The notes under the pieces were generated by a model. The model searched no databases and had not been told where the DNA came from. It saw only the letters and a list, made by a program, of their open reading frames with translations. 64,000 nt of DNA, taken from NCBI RefSeq assembly GCF_001194135.2, contig NC_068993.1, positions 28,169,702-28,233,701 on the forward strand, given 5' to 3'. The stretch's first letter is position 1. The number at the start of each line of letters is the position of its first letter. Source of the DNA: Octopus bimaculoides (lineage: Eukaryota). The position numbers and the translations under genes are program-made. This document shows positions 1 through 13,614 of the stretch, in pieces.

Positions 1-339
1 TGCTTACAGTCTGAGAGAGGTGTTCCCACTGAATCTGCTTGAGGAGGAACAAAAACCAACCTCCATGATATTAGAAGGCAATATGTGTGTATTTTAATGT
101 ATGCTAAGGGAAGTAACTCTAAGTGAGTTGTGGTGGTAGTGTTGATGGCAGCATTGACACAATTTCAAATCACAAGTCTCTGATGTCCAAGTAGCTAAAA
201 AGTATAAGCAGAAGGGTACTTAGGTGTTATGACTTGAATGTGGCTTGACCCTGTTAGAGTGTAAGATGTTAAGGGTCAAACCACTTGCTTGAGGAGATTT
301 CTTTTCAGAAGACCTTCTGCTATTCAGCTCTCCCAAGAG

Positions 340-690
340 TTTTTTTTACCAGTCTTCTCAAATGTTTGTCCTTATGGTTTATTGTCACCGCCATTGCTAA
401 TTTGATAGGGAATTGTTCTTTAATTAAAGTAAATAGTAACTCTTCACCAACAGAAGCAAAAGTGATGTCTGGAATAAACAGTTTTTTTGCAATGAGAGCC
501 TTCAGTTATAATTTTTGTCTTAATGATGTTTCCTTGAATGTCTTGTGTAACTAAACGTGTACCATTGCACATGCCATTAGCTTGGTCAATTGTATGTAGT
601 AGGATAATTATAGCATTAGTCTTTAATTTTAACCCATTAATGCATAGCATTCAGAAAAATGGACGCAGGAAAAATTACTATTGCTTGTTA
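340..690 (-). mobile_element. Helitron Rep-Hel PIF1-like helicase fragment (degraded)
   Basis: ORF 444-650 LKLKTNAIIILLHTIDQANGMCNGTRL resembles the PIF1/Helitron L.LK.G..IMLLRN...G.CNGTRL motif; downstream frame resembles AMTINKSQGQT. Confidence 0.75.
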
Positions 691-1155
691 AGTAAACTAC
701 CTATTGAGCTTATTTTTGGTATGGTCTGCCTCTAAACTAGTGCTCTATGAGTGAGCAGGCACTGCATACAAACAAACCAACTATACATATGTACAAAACA
801 AGTAATAGAAATTTTTCCTGCATCCATTTTTCTGGTCGCTATGCATTAATGGATTAATTGTGTGCTGGCAAATCTGAAACAGTGTATTTAAGTTCTCTGT
901 AATGAATTCTGAAGTCATTTTGATGTGAAAATGGTTTCTATATATCAGCAATCATTGTCTCTGTCTTCAAAACCCCTGATGACGCTTTTTTCACTTTTTC
1001 TGGTTTTGTTTACTTTTTGAGTGTTGTTCATGTATTGCTTTGCATTGATAGACATGGCCTATAAATAGGTGTTAATCTGTCAGAATGGAGGTTCGTTACA
1101 TAGCTGTAAATACTCATCTCCAATTTCATTAATAGCTCTTAATATTGTCTTTGTT

Positions 1156-1223
<68 letters not shown>

Positions 1224-1327
1224 AGTATTTCAAAGTCAGTTATTTTTTCTTATCAAGGACATATTTCACTGAAACAATCCCTGACCACTGCAACAATGAT
1301 CATGAAGATTGTGCCTGCTATTTATCA

Positions 1328-1366
<39 letters not shown>

Positions 1367-1729
1367 GGCAGTGATCAGTTGTCATAGCCTGTAATGTAGT
1401 TTGGCTAGCAGGCAGCATGGTGTTTGTTGGAATGTTGCTAATTGTGAAACCACATGCTTTTGTTTATACTGTTTGGAAAAAATATATATATTTCACCTCT
1501 TTTTTGAATCAAGTTTCATTCATTATCATTCTTCTGATGTTCAACAAATGTTGCTTGTTGGCATAATTATTCAAGTGTGTGTGTGCACAAGTCAGTCAGT
1601 CAATTAGTCTCTCCCCTCCTTCCTCAGCATTGATTTCTAACTGAGATCCAAGTCTTCTTCACTAGAATTGCAACATCTACAGGGTATTGTTGTATGTATG
1701 TATGTATATGTGCAAATCTGGATGTTTTG

Positions 1730-3020
1730 TTTTATGTATGTATTCTCATGTATATAGTTGCATGTCTAGACATGCTCATTTTTACAGTTCCAGTGATGGC
1801 TTGGATATTTCGTCTTTGAATCAGCTTTCTCTTTTCTGGTTTTGATAAACCTAATTTCTCATGATTGGTACTTAGGTAGTGTGTTACATATTTCAGTGCC
1901 CTAATAATTATAGGTATAAACCTGAACTTGTAATCTAGATAGAGTAACTGTGGATTTCTCAATAACTCAGGGTAGATATTTTCCTTTTCACTGATCTTTA
2001 GCTTTACGTTAACATCCACTGGGCAGCTGATTTCCACAGCTATACACAGTTTCTCTTTTCTATCCCAAATCACTATGTCAGCTCTATTATGTTTGCATTT
2101 TATTGAGGGTTTTCACTGGGGCATTCCTCCAGTACTCTTCTTTATTATGAGTGGCTATGGCTTCTACCATATTGTGGGTTCTTATTTCTTTGGCCTCGGG
2201 GTTATCTTTCTGATGGATCTCATTATTACAGTGTCTTAGCTACAACATCATTTCTCATCGGTTGATAATACCGTTATAATATTTTTGGACAACTGCTTAT
2301 GATGTGGGTGATATCTTTGGTGTTAACTCCACAAAGTGTGCATCGGTTATCACATTTTACTGCTTTTCCTGTGTTTCTTTCCCTTTTGTGCATCAGTTAT
2401 TCTGTTGATATTTCCTGCTCCTGGATTGCATGCACATACCCTTCAAAGTGGGAGGTAGTAATCTGGTTGCTGGTCCATGATAGACTGCTTTGATAATGAA
2501 TATTACTATCATCCCAGAGCTTTCTACTAACATATACATGCATGGTCTTCTGCTGATATACACTCATCCTTTCATCTGATTATACATTGTGGTAGAATCT
2601 TGCGACTTCTTGAGGCATGTATTTAAAGTTATCAGACAAGGAGTGTTGCTGAAGGAGCTGGTTTCCAAATATCATGATGTTATCAGCCTTATGTATGCAA
2701 ACTTAGCCAAGGGATGCATTTCAACATTTGGTGATTAAAAGATGTTGCTGAAGGGATATGATGCGACATTCAGAGGCAGTCTGGATTAATGTTAAGCCTC
2801 TGCCCCCTTGTTTTTGTTTTAGGTAGAGGTAGTCTATGTCACTGTCAGTATGGAAATTATGTGTGCTGGTTAATATCTTCTGGGTTTTCACATCAATGGC
2901 TCGGACCTCATCAAGCATCCAATCAAGTGGCCCAAATACTGGTATGAATACTGGCACTGCAAACACTTTGTGGGCCACTGTTTTACTGAATGCAGAGAGT
3001 TCCGAAGTCTGTATTTTCTT
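1730..3020 (-). mobile_element. R4/Dong-like non-LTR retrotransposon 3' fragment with restriction-like endonuclease
   Basis: DIDYLYLKQKQGGRGL (post-RT), RCTLCG...HIISSC zinc knuckle, IWDRKEKLCIAVEISCP...KISEKENIY RLE motif; frameshifts and stops. Confidence 0.8.
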
Positions 3021-3064
3021 TATTCAGCTATAATATTCTTTAGTGACACATATTTTGTATGTGT

Positions 3065-3450
3065 GTCTGTCTGTCCATCCATCCATTCATCCTAGGTATG
3101 TCATTAAATTGCATCAAGTGGTGTGGCTCCAGTTTGAAAGTTGTGGGGTGTGTGTAGCCACCCTTTAATTACCATTGCTCCCAGGTCGTTTTAAACCAGG
3201 AATGGTAGTATCTCTATGGTCCCATCTATGGGTTTAATAAATTTTCCATGGGTAGAGGAAGCTCCTGTTATTTTCGACAGCCATGAGAAAGGTAGCTCTT
3301 CTAGGAGAAAGATACTCTGACATAAACTTTGCAGTCAAAATAACACCAGTCATCTGACAATGCTTGTCAATGGAACCTACTATTGCAACCAAGAGAATGG
3401 CAAAAGTGTTGTACAAGCTTTTGACACTTAAACCCAATGATGTATGGATG
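3065..3450. repeat. Interspersed repeat, second copy at approx. 4025-4315 continuing at 17163-17195
   Basis: Alignable by eye (ggaatggtagtatct...gtcccatctatg...ggagaaagatactct...aagtgttgtacaagcttttgacacttaaaccca). Confidence 0.75.
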
Positions 3451-4682
3451 TCTCATTATTAATTTCATTTCTTGGTCCATTTTGTATTTTATAAAGTCCC
3501 CCCACACATGCAAGATTGAAAGTACATCAGAGTAATCAAGCTGAATGTGAGGAGACAATTGTGTGTGTGTGTGTGTGTGCATGCATGCATATTTGTTCAT
3601 TCATACTCTTCTGTTTTTAATTATCTAAATTCTTCCTCTGAGGAAGGAGCTGGTTGTAATGTACTCCTCAAACTATCTGATGTGGCATACCAGCTGTTTT
3701 TTTTCCAATGTGCCTGGGACCAATAATGTTTCTGAGTAATATTAATTTATACCAGAAACAATATATATAATGAATATAATAAAAGTTGACAATTTTTTTT
3801 ATCTTATATTTATTTTGTAAATAAATAATACAATATTATATAAGCATTTTATAATGTTTCTTTCTTTTCTGGAAACTCGCCACATACCAGCAGCTAATGG
3901 CTTGCGGACTGGCACCGGTCCATGGACCACCACTTTGAATAGCACTGATGTAGACAACAAAAACAATGTCATATTTTGGACTTGAGGAAAGTCTCACATG
4001 TATGTATACATGTTCATACCCAATGGCAAATCTCCAGTTTTGGATTGGAGTTGAGGGGACATAGAGTCATCCCTTAATTATCATTACTCCCAGTTCCATT
4101 TTGACCTGGAATGGTAGTATCTACCAGGTCCCATCTATGAGTTAAATAGGTTTCCCAGGGCTCCTGTTATTTTTAACAAAGCCTTGAGGAAGGCTGTTCC
4201 AGGAGAAAGATACTCTAACATAAAACTTGAAGTCACAATAGTACCAGTCATCTTTAAGTGTTTGTCATGGGCATCTACTATGGCAACTGAAAGAGTGACA
4301 AAAGTATTGCACAAGCAGGGCCGGCCTTAGGAGGTGCAGGGCCCAACTGGGAACAATTTGGGTAGGCCACCCCCCACCCACCCCACCTCAGAGTTATTTT
4401 TTTCTTCATTTTGTTTTCAGGTGCTATCAACTAACCTCGCCTCCTAATATACTGCAGAGGACTTTTTTCCCCTTTGTGACATATTAGGTAATCAGAATAG
4501 TGGCTTTTTGTATGTTTAATACCTGCTATTTCTAGTATACTAAACAGCCACGTTAAGAATGGGCTACCTTTCAGTTTATTTAAAATAGAGTATAATGTGT
4601 GTGTGTGTGTATGTATGTATGTATATGTGTGTGTGTGTGTGAATGTATATATGTATGTGTGTGTATATGCTGTATATGTGTG

Positions 4683-4727
<45 letters not shown>

Positions 4728-4974
4728 CACCATGTTGGTGTCATATAAAAGCATCCAGTCCATACTGTAAAGTGGTGGTGTTAGGAAGGGCATCCAGCCA
4801 CAAAAAAACATGTCAAACCAGACAAGTGCTAGACATAGCCCCTGGTTTGTTGACCACAGTCAAACCATCTAACCCATGTCAGCATGGAAAATGGAAGTTA
4901 AATGACGATGATGCATACATATACATACACATATTATGTGTATATTTATATGTGTATGTGTATATTTATATGTG

Positions 4975-5049
<75 letters not shown>

Positions 5050-6570
5050 TTAACGTCCGCTTTCCATGCTAGCATAGGTTGGACGATTTGACTAAGGACT
5101 GGTGAACCAGATAGCTACACCAGGCTTCAATCTGATTTGGCAGTTTCTACAGCTGGATGCCCTTCCTAACACCAACCACTCCGAGAGTGTAGTGGGTGCT
5201 TTTACGTGCTACCAGCACGAAGGCCAGTCAGGCGGTACTGGCAACGGCCATGCTCAAAATGGTGTATTTTNNNNNNNNNNTGCTACCAGCACGAAGGCCA
5301 GTCAGGCGGTACTGGCAACGGCCATGCTCAAAATGGTGTATTTTACGTGCCACCTGCACAGGAGCCAGTCCAGTGGCACTGGCAACGATCTCGCTCGAAT
5401 GTCTTTACACATGCCACCGGCACAAGTGCCAGGAAGGCAATGCTGAGCACAGGTGCCATCACGATTTCACTTTCGCTTGCCCCAACAGGTCTTTGCAAGC
5501 TGAGTTTCGTGTCCAATGAAGGAGACGACATTGGCATGGGTGCCAGCCATCGAATTTAGTTCAATTTTGATTTCACTTGCCTCAACAGGTCTTCATAAAC
5601 AGAGTTTAGTGTCCAATAAAGGAAAGGTATGCATAAGTGGGCTGGCTACACCCATGGCAGAGGCCTTGGATTTAGGTCTCACTTGGCTTGCCGGGTCTTC
5701 TCACGCACAGCATATTTCCAAAGGTCTCGGTCAGAAGTCTTCACCTCGGTGAGGCCCAATGTTCGAAGGTGGTGCCTCACCACCTTATCCCAGGTCTTCC
5801 TGGGCCTACCTCTTCCACAGGTTCCCTCAACTGCTAGGGTGTGGCACTTTTTCACACAGCTATCCTCATCCATTCTCGCCACATGTTCATACCAGCGCAA
5901 TCGTCTCTCTTGCACACCACAACTGATGCTTCTTAGGTTCAACTTTTCTCTCAAGGTACTTACACTCTGTCGAGTATGCACACTGACATTACACATCCAT
6001 TGGAGCATACTGGCTTCATTCCTTTCGAACTTACACATGTCCTCAGCAATCATGGCCTATGTTTCACTGCCATGTAGCATGGCTGTTCGTACACATGTCA
6101 TACAGTCTGACTTTTACTCTGAGAGAGAGACCCTTTATCACCAGCAGAGGTAAGAGCTCTTTGAACTTTGCCCAGGCTATTCTTATTCTAGTAGCTACAC
6201 TTTCAGTGCACCCTCCCCCACTACTAACTTGGTCACCTAGATAGCGGAAGCTATCAACTACATCTAGTTTTTCTCCCTGGAATGTGGCAGAAGTTGTTTT
6301 CTGCACATTTTCAGTGTTTATTGCTCCTGAACATCTGCCACATACAAAAACTAACTTCCTAGTTAACCTTCCTTTGATATTGCTGCACCTCTTATGTGTC
6401 CATAGCTTGCACTGGGTACATCTTATAGAGTTTCTACCTACGCCTTTTCTACAGATCGAGCAGGGCCATCTACCTGAAGGGGTTTGTGTTTTTTCTACCT
6501 TCCTACTTATTAGGACTTTGGTTTTAGCTAGGTTGACTCGAAGGCCCTTCGATTCTAGTCCTGCATGCTG
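5050..6570 (-). mobile_element. RTE-like LINE 3' part (PHD-insert family) with repeat-rich 3' UTR and (GAT)n tail
   Basis: ESKGLRVNLAKTK, C4HC3-like insert, DSFRYLG, RLRWYEHVARM, GRGRPRKTW motifs; stops and frameshifts. Confidence 0.85.
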
Positions 6571-6584
6571 TGTGTGTGTGTATA

Positions 6585-7814
6585 CAGGGGTTGGACAAAA
6601 TAATGGAAACACCTAGCATCATAGCATCATAATTTTGAAATATCTACAAAACTGTCAAAAGCTTGTTTATTTTTATGTTTTTTGATTTATTATTAGTGTT
6701 GCTTAATATTTTTTGCTAAAATTGCTGTTTCTTTTCAGATATCATCAGAAAAAGGTAATTAGAATTCATTAAAATGACAGAGCTATCAGACTTTCAAAGA
6801 GTTCAAATTGTTGGTGCTTGTATGACAGGCGCTAGCATAACGAAAACAGCTGAAATGTTTGGTGTATTAAGAAGTACTGTCTCAAAAGTAATGACAGCCT
6901 TTGAGAAAGTGGGAAAAACCTCCTCGTCAAAACAAAACTTCAGAAGAAAACCAAAACTTTCAGATAGGGACCGTCAGACTCTTATACACGAATTGTTAGA
7001 AAGAATCACAAAAGTACAGCTCTCAAAATTACTGCAGAGCTTAATGACTACCTCATGAACCCAGTTTCCACAAAAACTATTCGCCAGGAGTTGCACAAAG
7101 CTGGATTTCATGGGAGGGCTGCAATCAGAAAACCACTACTTTCAAAAACAAACGTTGCAACGTGTTTAGAGTGGAGTAAAAACCTACAGAATTGGTCCCT
7201 AGAGCAGTGGAAGAATGTTATTTTGTTGGACGAGTCATCCTTTACCTTATTTCCAACCACTGGCCAAGTATACATGTGGAGACAGGCAAAAGAAGCATTT
7301 GACTCAGACTGCCTTCTTCCAACTGTTAAACATGGAGGAGGATCTGTGATGATCTGGGAAATCTGCTGGCCCAGTGGTTTCCCTTCATGGCAGAATTAAT
7401 AGTCAAGACTATTTAAGCATTTTATCTGATCAAATTCATCCTATGGTTGCAGAACTGTTTCCGGAGGGAAACACAATCATTCAGGATGATAATGCACCAG
7501 TTTACACAGCTAAAGTTGTTACTGAATGGCACGAGGAACATTCTAGTGAAGTTGAACATCTTATCTGGCCACCACAGTCCCCAGATCTCAATATTTTTGA
7601 ACATATATGGTGCATTTTAGAAAAACAAGTAATGAGTCGATATCCTACAAGAACTGGAGACTGTTTTAGCTGAAGAATGGACAAAAATTCTTTTGGAAAC
7701 AATTCAAAGTTTGTACAAGTCCATACCTTGTAGAATTCAAGCTGTAATTACTGCCATATTAAAATAAATTTGTTTGAAATTTTAAGGTGTTTCCATTATT
7801 TTGTCCAACCTCTG
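6585..7814 (+). mobile_element. Tc1-like DNA transposon, DD36E spacing, frameshifted transposase
   Basis: 30-bp TIRs caggggttggacaaaataatggaaacacct (29/30 match), TA on both sides, 1230 bp; ORFs 6774-7058, 7055-7399, 7374-7673 with LDES, QDDNAP and SPDLNIFE motifs. Confidence 0.93.
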
Positions 7815-10123
7815 TATATATGTGTGTGTGGTAACTTTCTGAAACATGGATAATTTGTTAATAAAATTTTCTACATATACATCTTAGATGGTGTAGATTA
7901 CAATTATATCAGAATTTGTTGTGTAAAGCAGTTTTCTCTCTCTTTTAAATCAACTCAGAGGTAGCCAGTCTTTAATGTGGTTGTTTAATATGCTAGAAAT
8001 AGCAGTTATTCAGCATAAAAAAACAGCCATTATTCTGATCTCCTAATACACCACAAAGGGGGAAAAAATTCTTTTGCAGTATACTACGAGCCAAGATTAG
8101 TTGATATCACATGGAAAAAAAATGAGAAAAAAATATAACTCTAAGGTGAGAGGAGGATTCCGAGGGCTCACCCCACTCCAACTTCAGTGGAAAAATGTCT
8201 TTGCGGTATATTAGGAGATAATAGCACAAGATAAAAGAAAAATGAGGAGAAACATTATTTCTCACCAAAATGTGTGGCAGGAACTTTTTTTCCTTAGCTA
8301 TGTTTCTGGATTTAGCATCAGTGTATGACACCAAATGTCTCCTAGTATAGCCCCATTTGTGTGTGTGTGGCTTTGTGTTTGTACTTGTCCAAAACCTGAA
8401 TGCAAAGAGATTTTCTCCTTTGAACAAGACACAAGAAATTTTATCTCACTTCTCCCACTATACACACACAGACATGCACGCGCACGTGTGTGTGTATATA
8501 TACAATTCCTCACAAAATAAAAATACATATACATACAATCATATGCATAAATACAAAGACCTCAACCAAAACACTATCAAAAATAATTGGACTTTTAACC
8601 TTTAACCATTATAGCCAAAATACTGAGTACTGAATTCTTTTAGACACACATCCATTAAGCTTTGTGCTTTTATCATTAAAAAATTTTTTTTGCTTTCTTT
8701 AATACATACATACATCGTGGTTGTCTACTCCTTATGCAGAGTTTGACCACCTCCTGTACCTACACCTCAGCACCATCATGGCATGTGTTATGGCTTCTTA
8801 AACCAGACAATGTTCTGAAAAGACACCCACATAGATTGCACCTCCGATTTGGATCACCAAGAGCTGCAAATAAGTTCTGCTCTTTGTGGATCTTAAAATG
8901 TCTCTTGAGGCCTCCGTCGGATTTGCAAACCTTCCGGCATACACTGCATTCAAAGGTGTGCACAGAATAGGCAGAATAGTTGGTGGAGGTTTGTTTTCCA
9001 TGTGTTCGCAGATGAGATTTAAGGCCAGCAAAAGACAGGCTTGGTCTGTCACAGACTGTGCACACAAAAAGGTCATTGTCATTCACCTTCTCCACCATTA
9101 CATCGCTTTTGATCTCTTTTGAGTCTTACTTGTGTTATCCTGGCTTCTTCAAATGCTTTCACTCCACTCCGCACCTTTGTTCGCCATCCAACTCGTTTCT
9201 ATATCTTCTGGAACCATTCCCAGTGACTTCATAGTAGTCCTTATGCTGTCCTTAAACCTCTTTTTAGGTTGACGCCGATAGCGTTTCCTCTCTGCAAGCT
9301 CACCATAAAACAGCTGTTCTGACATGCGTTCATCTGCCATTCGAACAATATGGCCACATCATTTCAATTTGTTCCTCAAAATCATAGCTTTAATTGAGGT
9401 GATGCCTGCAGATGCAAGGGCATCTGTGTTTGGTGTAAAAGAACTCCATTTAATTTTTTAAATGCGATGAAGGCATTTTTGGTGGAATTGTTCTAACAAT
9501 TTAAAATGCCTTTCATAACAAGTCTAAGTATCACAGGAATACAACAGAGATGATGAGACAAATGATTGATAAAGAGCCAGTTTTGTATTCTTATTTATAT
9601 GTCATTGGCACCAAATGCGTGACTCCAAGCCATCAAATGGTTTTGCTGCCCTTTGAATTTGCAGCTGTATTTCTGTATCAAGGTTTCCATCATTTTGAAC
9701 AGAGCTTTCAAGGTAGATGAACGAATTGACAACCTCAAGTAACTTTCCCTTAACAAAAGTTTTAGCGGGGTTACAAACAGCACCACACGCAGGTTGATGC
9801 ATTACAACTGTTTTTTTAAAGTTGATGATCAAGCCAAAATCATCACAGGCTGAGTCAAATGCAGATACAAGAGACTGCAGACCTCTTTTCAGAATGACTG
9901 ACAAGATCGCAATCGTCAGTGTACAAAAGTTCCCTAATGAGTGAAGTAAAAACCTTCGTTTTGAATTTCAGTGGGGTCAGATTAAAAATATTTCCCTGTT
10001 GTTCGATATTTTATGTAAATACCCTCCTCAGAGTTTTGAAAAGCATGTGACAATACAACAGTAAAGTATATTGCAAAGAGGGTAGGTGCGTCAAGGTCTC
10101 CTTGCTTTACTCCATTTTCCACA

Positions 10124-10760
10124 NNNNNNNNNNNNNNNNNNNNNNNNNNNNNNNNNNNNNNNNNNNNNNNNNNNNNNNNNNNNNNNNNNNNNNNNNNNNN
10201 NNNNNNNNNNNNNNNNNNNNNNNNNNNNNNNNNNNNNNNNNNNNNNNNNNNNNNNNNNNNNNNNNNNNNNNNNNNNNNNNNNNNNNNNNNNNNNNNNNNN
10301 NNNNNNNNNNNNNNNNNNNNNNNNNNNNNNNNNNNNNNNNNNNNNNNNNNNNNNNNNNNNNNNNNNNNNNNNNNNNNNNNNNNNNNNNNNNNNNNNNNNN
10401 NNNNNNNNNNNNNNNNNNNNNNNNNNNNNNNNNNNNNNNNNNNNNNNNNNNNNNNNNNNNNNNNNNNNNNNNNNNNNNNNNNNNNNNNNNNNNNNNNNNN
10501 NNNNNNNNNNNNNNNNNNNNNNNNNNNNNNNNNNNNNNNNNNNNNNNNNNNNNNNNNNNNNNNNNNNNNNNNNNNNNNNNNNNNNNNNNNNNNNNNNNNN
10601 NNNNNNNNNNNNNNNNNNNNNNNNNNNNNNNNNNNNNNNNNNNNNNNNNNNNNNNNNNNNNNNNNNNNNNNNNNNNNNNNNNNNNNNNNNNNNNNNNNNN
10701 NNNNNNNNNNNNNNNNNNNNNNNNNNNNNNNNNNNNNNNNNNNNNNNNNNNNNNNNNNNN
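10124..10760. other. Assembly gap (N run); other gaps at 5271-5280, 15358-15367, 17487-17816, 22858-22878, 31242-31415, 48817-48826
   Basis: N runs in the sequence. Confidence 0.98.
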
Positions 10761-10905
10761 GGTTGGCGTTAGGAAGGGCATCCAGCTGTAGAAACTCTGC
10801 CAAATCAGATTGGAGCCTGGTGTAGCCATCTGGTTTCACCAGTCCTCAGTCAAATCGTCCAACCCATGCTAGCATGGAAAGCGGACGTTAAACGACGAAG
10901 AAGAA
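10761..10905 (+). repeat. Short copy of the LINE-tail/SINE-like repeat inserted in the RTE
   Basis: ttaggaagggcatccagctgtagaaac...catggaaagcggacgttaaa core shared with 4780-4910, 13870-13985, 16690-16825, 27765-27870. Confidence 0.8.
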
Positions 10906-13206
10906 GAAGTATCGAATGCTTTGCTCAAATCAACAAAGCAATGGTACAAAGCAAGATTCTGTTAAATGCACTTTTCTTGTAATTATCTGACAGTAAAGAT
11001 ACAATCAGCTGTGCCCTTGGAGGAACAAAAACCACACTGAGACTTAGACACTATATTTGGAACTATAAAGGTATTTAAACATTCTAACAAAATGTGGGCA
11101 AGTACCTTTCCAACCACAGACAAAAGCGAAATCCCACGAAAATTACCACACAGATCCTTTGGCCCCGATTTATGCAAGGAGACTAAAATGGCATCAATCC
11201 AGTCTTGAGGCACTTTCTCAGTTTTCTAACAATGACAAATTAATATATTTAAGAGTTCACCCCCATATTTCAAGACTTCTGCACAGATTCCATCAGACCC
11301 TAGAGACCTATTGTTATTCAGCTTATTCACAGCTAAATAAATGTTGTTTAGAGTTGGTTCAAATGCCATCTCTTATATAACTGGAAGTTGTTCAATTTTT
11401 TCTATTGTACTCATGTCAACAGATGATGGTCTATTCAAAAGTGCAGAAAAATGTTCTACGCAACACTTATGAATAGAATCAATGTCAGTCAGAATCAAAC
11501 GTCCATTTGCTGTTCTCACTGGAGCTATTGAAAAAGATTTTGGGCCATATACCACCTTAATATAAGAGTACAACCCTTTGGCATCATTTCTATCAGCTGC
11601 TTCTTGTGCCCCTTTGGCTCTATCATTCCACCATTCCTGTTTAATTTTCCTTAGAGCAGTCTGCACTTTCCCTTTCAGCTTTCTGTAAGCTTCGTTTGAG
11701 TTGGGGTTCAAGGACTGAGAAAGTGTGTTGCCTAAGTTTTGTTTTTCTAAAAGTAGATCATGAATTTCTGCTGATCTCTCTGAGAACCAGGCACTGGATT
11801 TATGTGATTTAAATCCCACTGACGAACTTGCAGCCTGAAATACTTTTGTTTTGATATCTTCCCATAGATTGTTTGGGTCAAGATTGATACTTTCTATAGC
11901 CTCATGGAATTTATTCAAGTTGCTTAATAATTTAAAGTTGGCAACATTTAACTTTTTGGGTACCTTATGACCAGACTGTCGATTTTTAGGTATTATCGAA
12001 AAATCTATTTTGCCACGCAGTAGATGATGGTCAGTCCAGCTCTCTGCCCCTTTCATGACCTGAACGCTAGAAACATTTTTCATATCACTTTTCTTGATCA
12101 GAATATAATCTATGAGATGCCAGTTCTTAGATCTTGGGTGCATCCAGGTGGTTTTATATTTATTTTTCTGCTTAAACAGAATGTTGGTGACAACCAGATT
12201 ATTCTCAGTACAAAACGCCAAAAGAGCTACTCCATTTTTATTACATTTTCCAATTCCATGTCGACCTAAAACAGGCCATGAAACATAGTCCTTTGCAACT
12301 CTTGCATTGAAATCTCCCAATATGACCAGCTTGTCAGAAATCGGTACTTTCCTCAATAACTGTACTAGATCATCATAAAACGGTCCTACAGTTTCATCAG
12401 AATGGGACATTGTTGGTGCATAAATACTGACAACAGTAAGAAACCTACCTTTTGTCAGTTTAATAAGGCATGCCATGATCTGCTCAGGTACACCACTTGG
12501 AAGCTCTGCAATGGAGGATACTAATTTGTTCTTGAGAGCAAACCCAACACCAGATTCTCTACGCTGACCCTCAGGTAGGCTTCTCCAAAAGATAGTGTAT
12601 CCATAAGTAGGTTCATTTAGTTGACCTTCACCAGAGAGACGAGTTTCAGAGAGCGCAACTATATCGAGAAATTATCATCAAGAAGTGTGCACACATTCCA
12701 ACAGCCAAAATTCAGAAGATGTTTATTTTTACTTTTTCTTGAAGATTGTTTGACCACAGTGGCAGGATGATGACCGGGTCCAGCCTGTGATAGACTAGGA
12801 CACCTGCCGAGCCAGACCTGTTCCCCTGACATTCCCAAGCCTTTTTTGCCCTTTACTGAATCTGTTTCAGACATTTTAAAGTAAGTGCATTTTTAGGCTT
12901 CTGCCAACCAACCAATTCAATGATTTTACCAAGATTTGGAGTACAGGAAGTACCTGTACAGATGAATGATTTTCAGTGGGTGTAGCTTGCACTGCACTAC
13001 CCCCATCTATTGGCCCAAGAAGACTTTCACCGGTGTGACATCGAAATTGACAAAACCAGGAACTTCCAAGGCCTCAGGTTTTATTTCGGAGATTTCCTTC
13101 TCCTAGATAGATTACCAACCAAGGTTAAAGAGCTTCTACCTGCCCATGAGGTAAGCTATCCCATTCCAGACACCAAACCAACACTCCCCAAAATTAAACA
13201 TATACA

Positions 13207-13275
<69 letters not shown>

Positions 13276-13447
13276 TTATTTATTTATAATACAATACACT
13301 TTATTGAAATAGCGTTTCCCCAAAATTACACATATTTATAGAAACTCACACACACAAAACATATGCACACATATATACATACAATTTACCCACATACATA
13401 CTCTCACAGACACACAAATATTTTACCCAGACATATACATATATATA

Positions 13448-13523
<76 letters not shown>

Positions 13524-13550
13524 CTTATATATATATACATTTATATATGC

Positions 13551-13581
<31 letters not shown>

Positions 13582-13614
13582 TATATATACACATATATAT
13601 ACATATATATACAT

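Larger units (their letters stand above)
8702..13190 (-). mobile_element. Near full-length RTE-clade LINE (APE endonuclease + RT + C-terminal zinc fingers), degraded, interrupted by a gap and a short repeat
   Basis: LNFGCWNV, VSIYAPT, LGDFNARV, WHLIDYIL, WTDHHLL (APE); NFRGISLLS, SQCGF, GVKQG (RT); 3' (TATG)n tail at approx. 8702-8715. Confidence 0.9.

Noticed and set aside
10-78. Open frame LREVFPLNLLEEEQKPTSMILE(G) as the upstream kinase exon (phase would fit)
   Set aside because: Needs a GC donor GCAATA lacking the +5 G, and the peptide does not resemble a PH C-terminus
3635-3685. CTGAGGA-A-GGAG...CTCC-TCAAAC hammerhead-like string
   Set aside because: GAAA core broken and no stem I or III pairing
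5196-5345. Tandem duplication around a 10-N gap
   Set aside because: Identical sequence on both sides of a placeholder gap is a typical unmerged contig overlap
8107-8605. Cluster of short ORFs
   Set aside because: No recognisable domain, no consistent splice signals, includes CA/GT repeats
9982-10839. Long ORFs in the track (also 17409-17906, 31187-31506)
   Set aside because: They read through N runs
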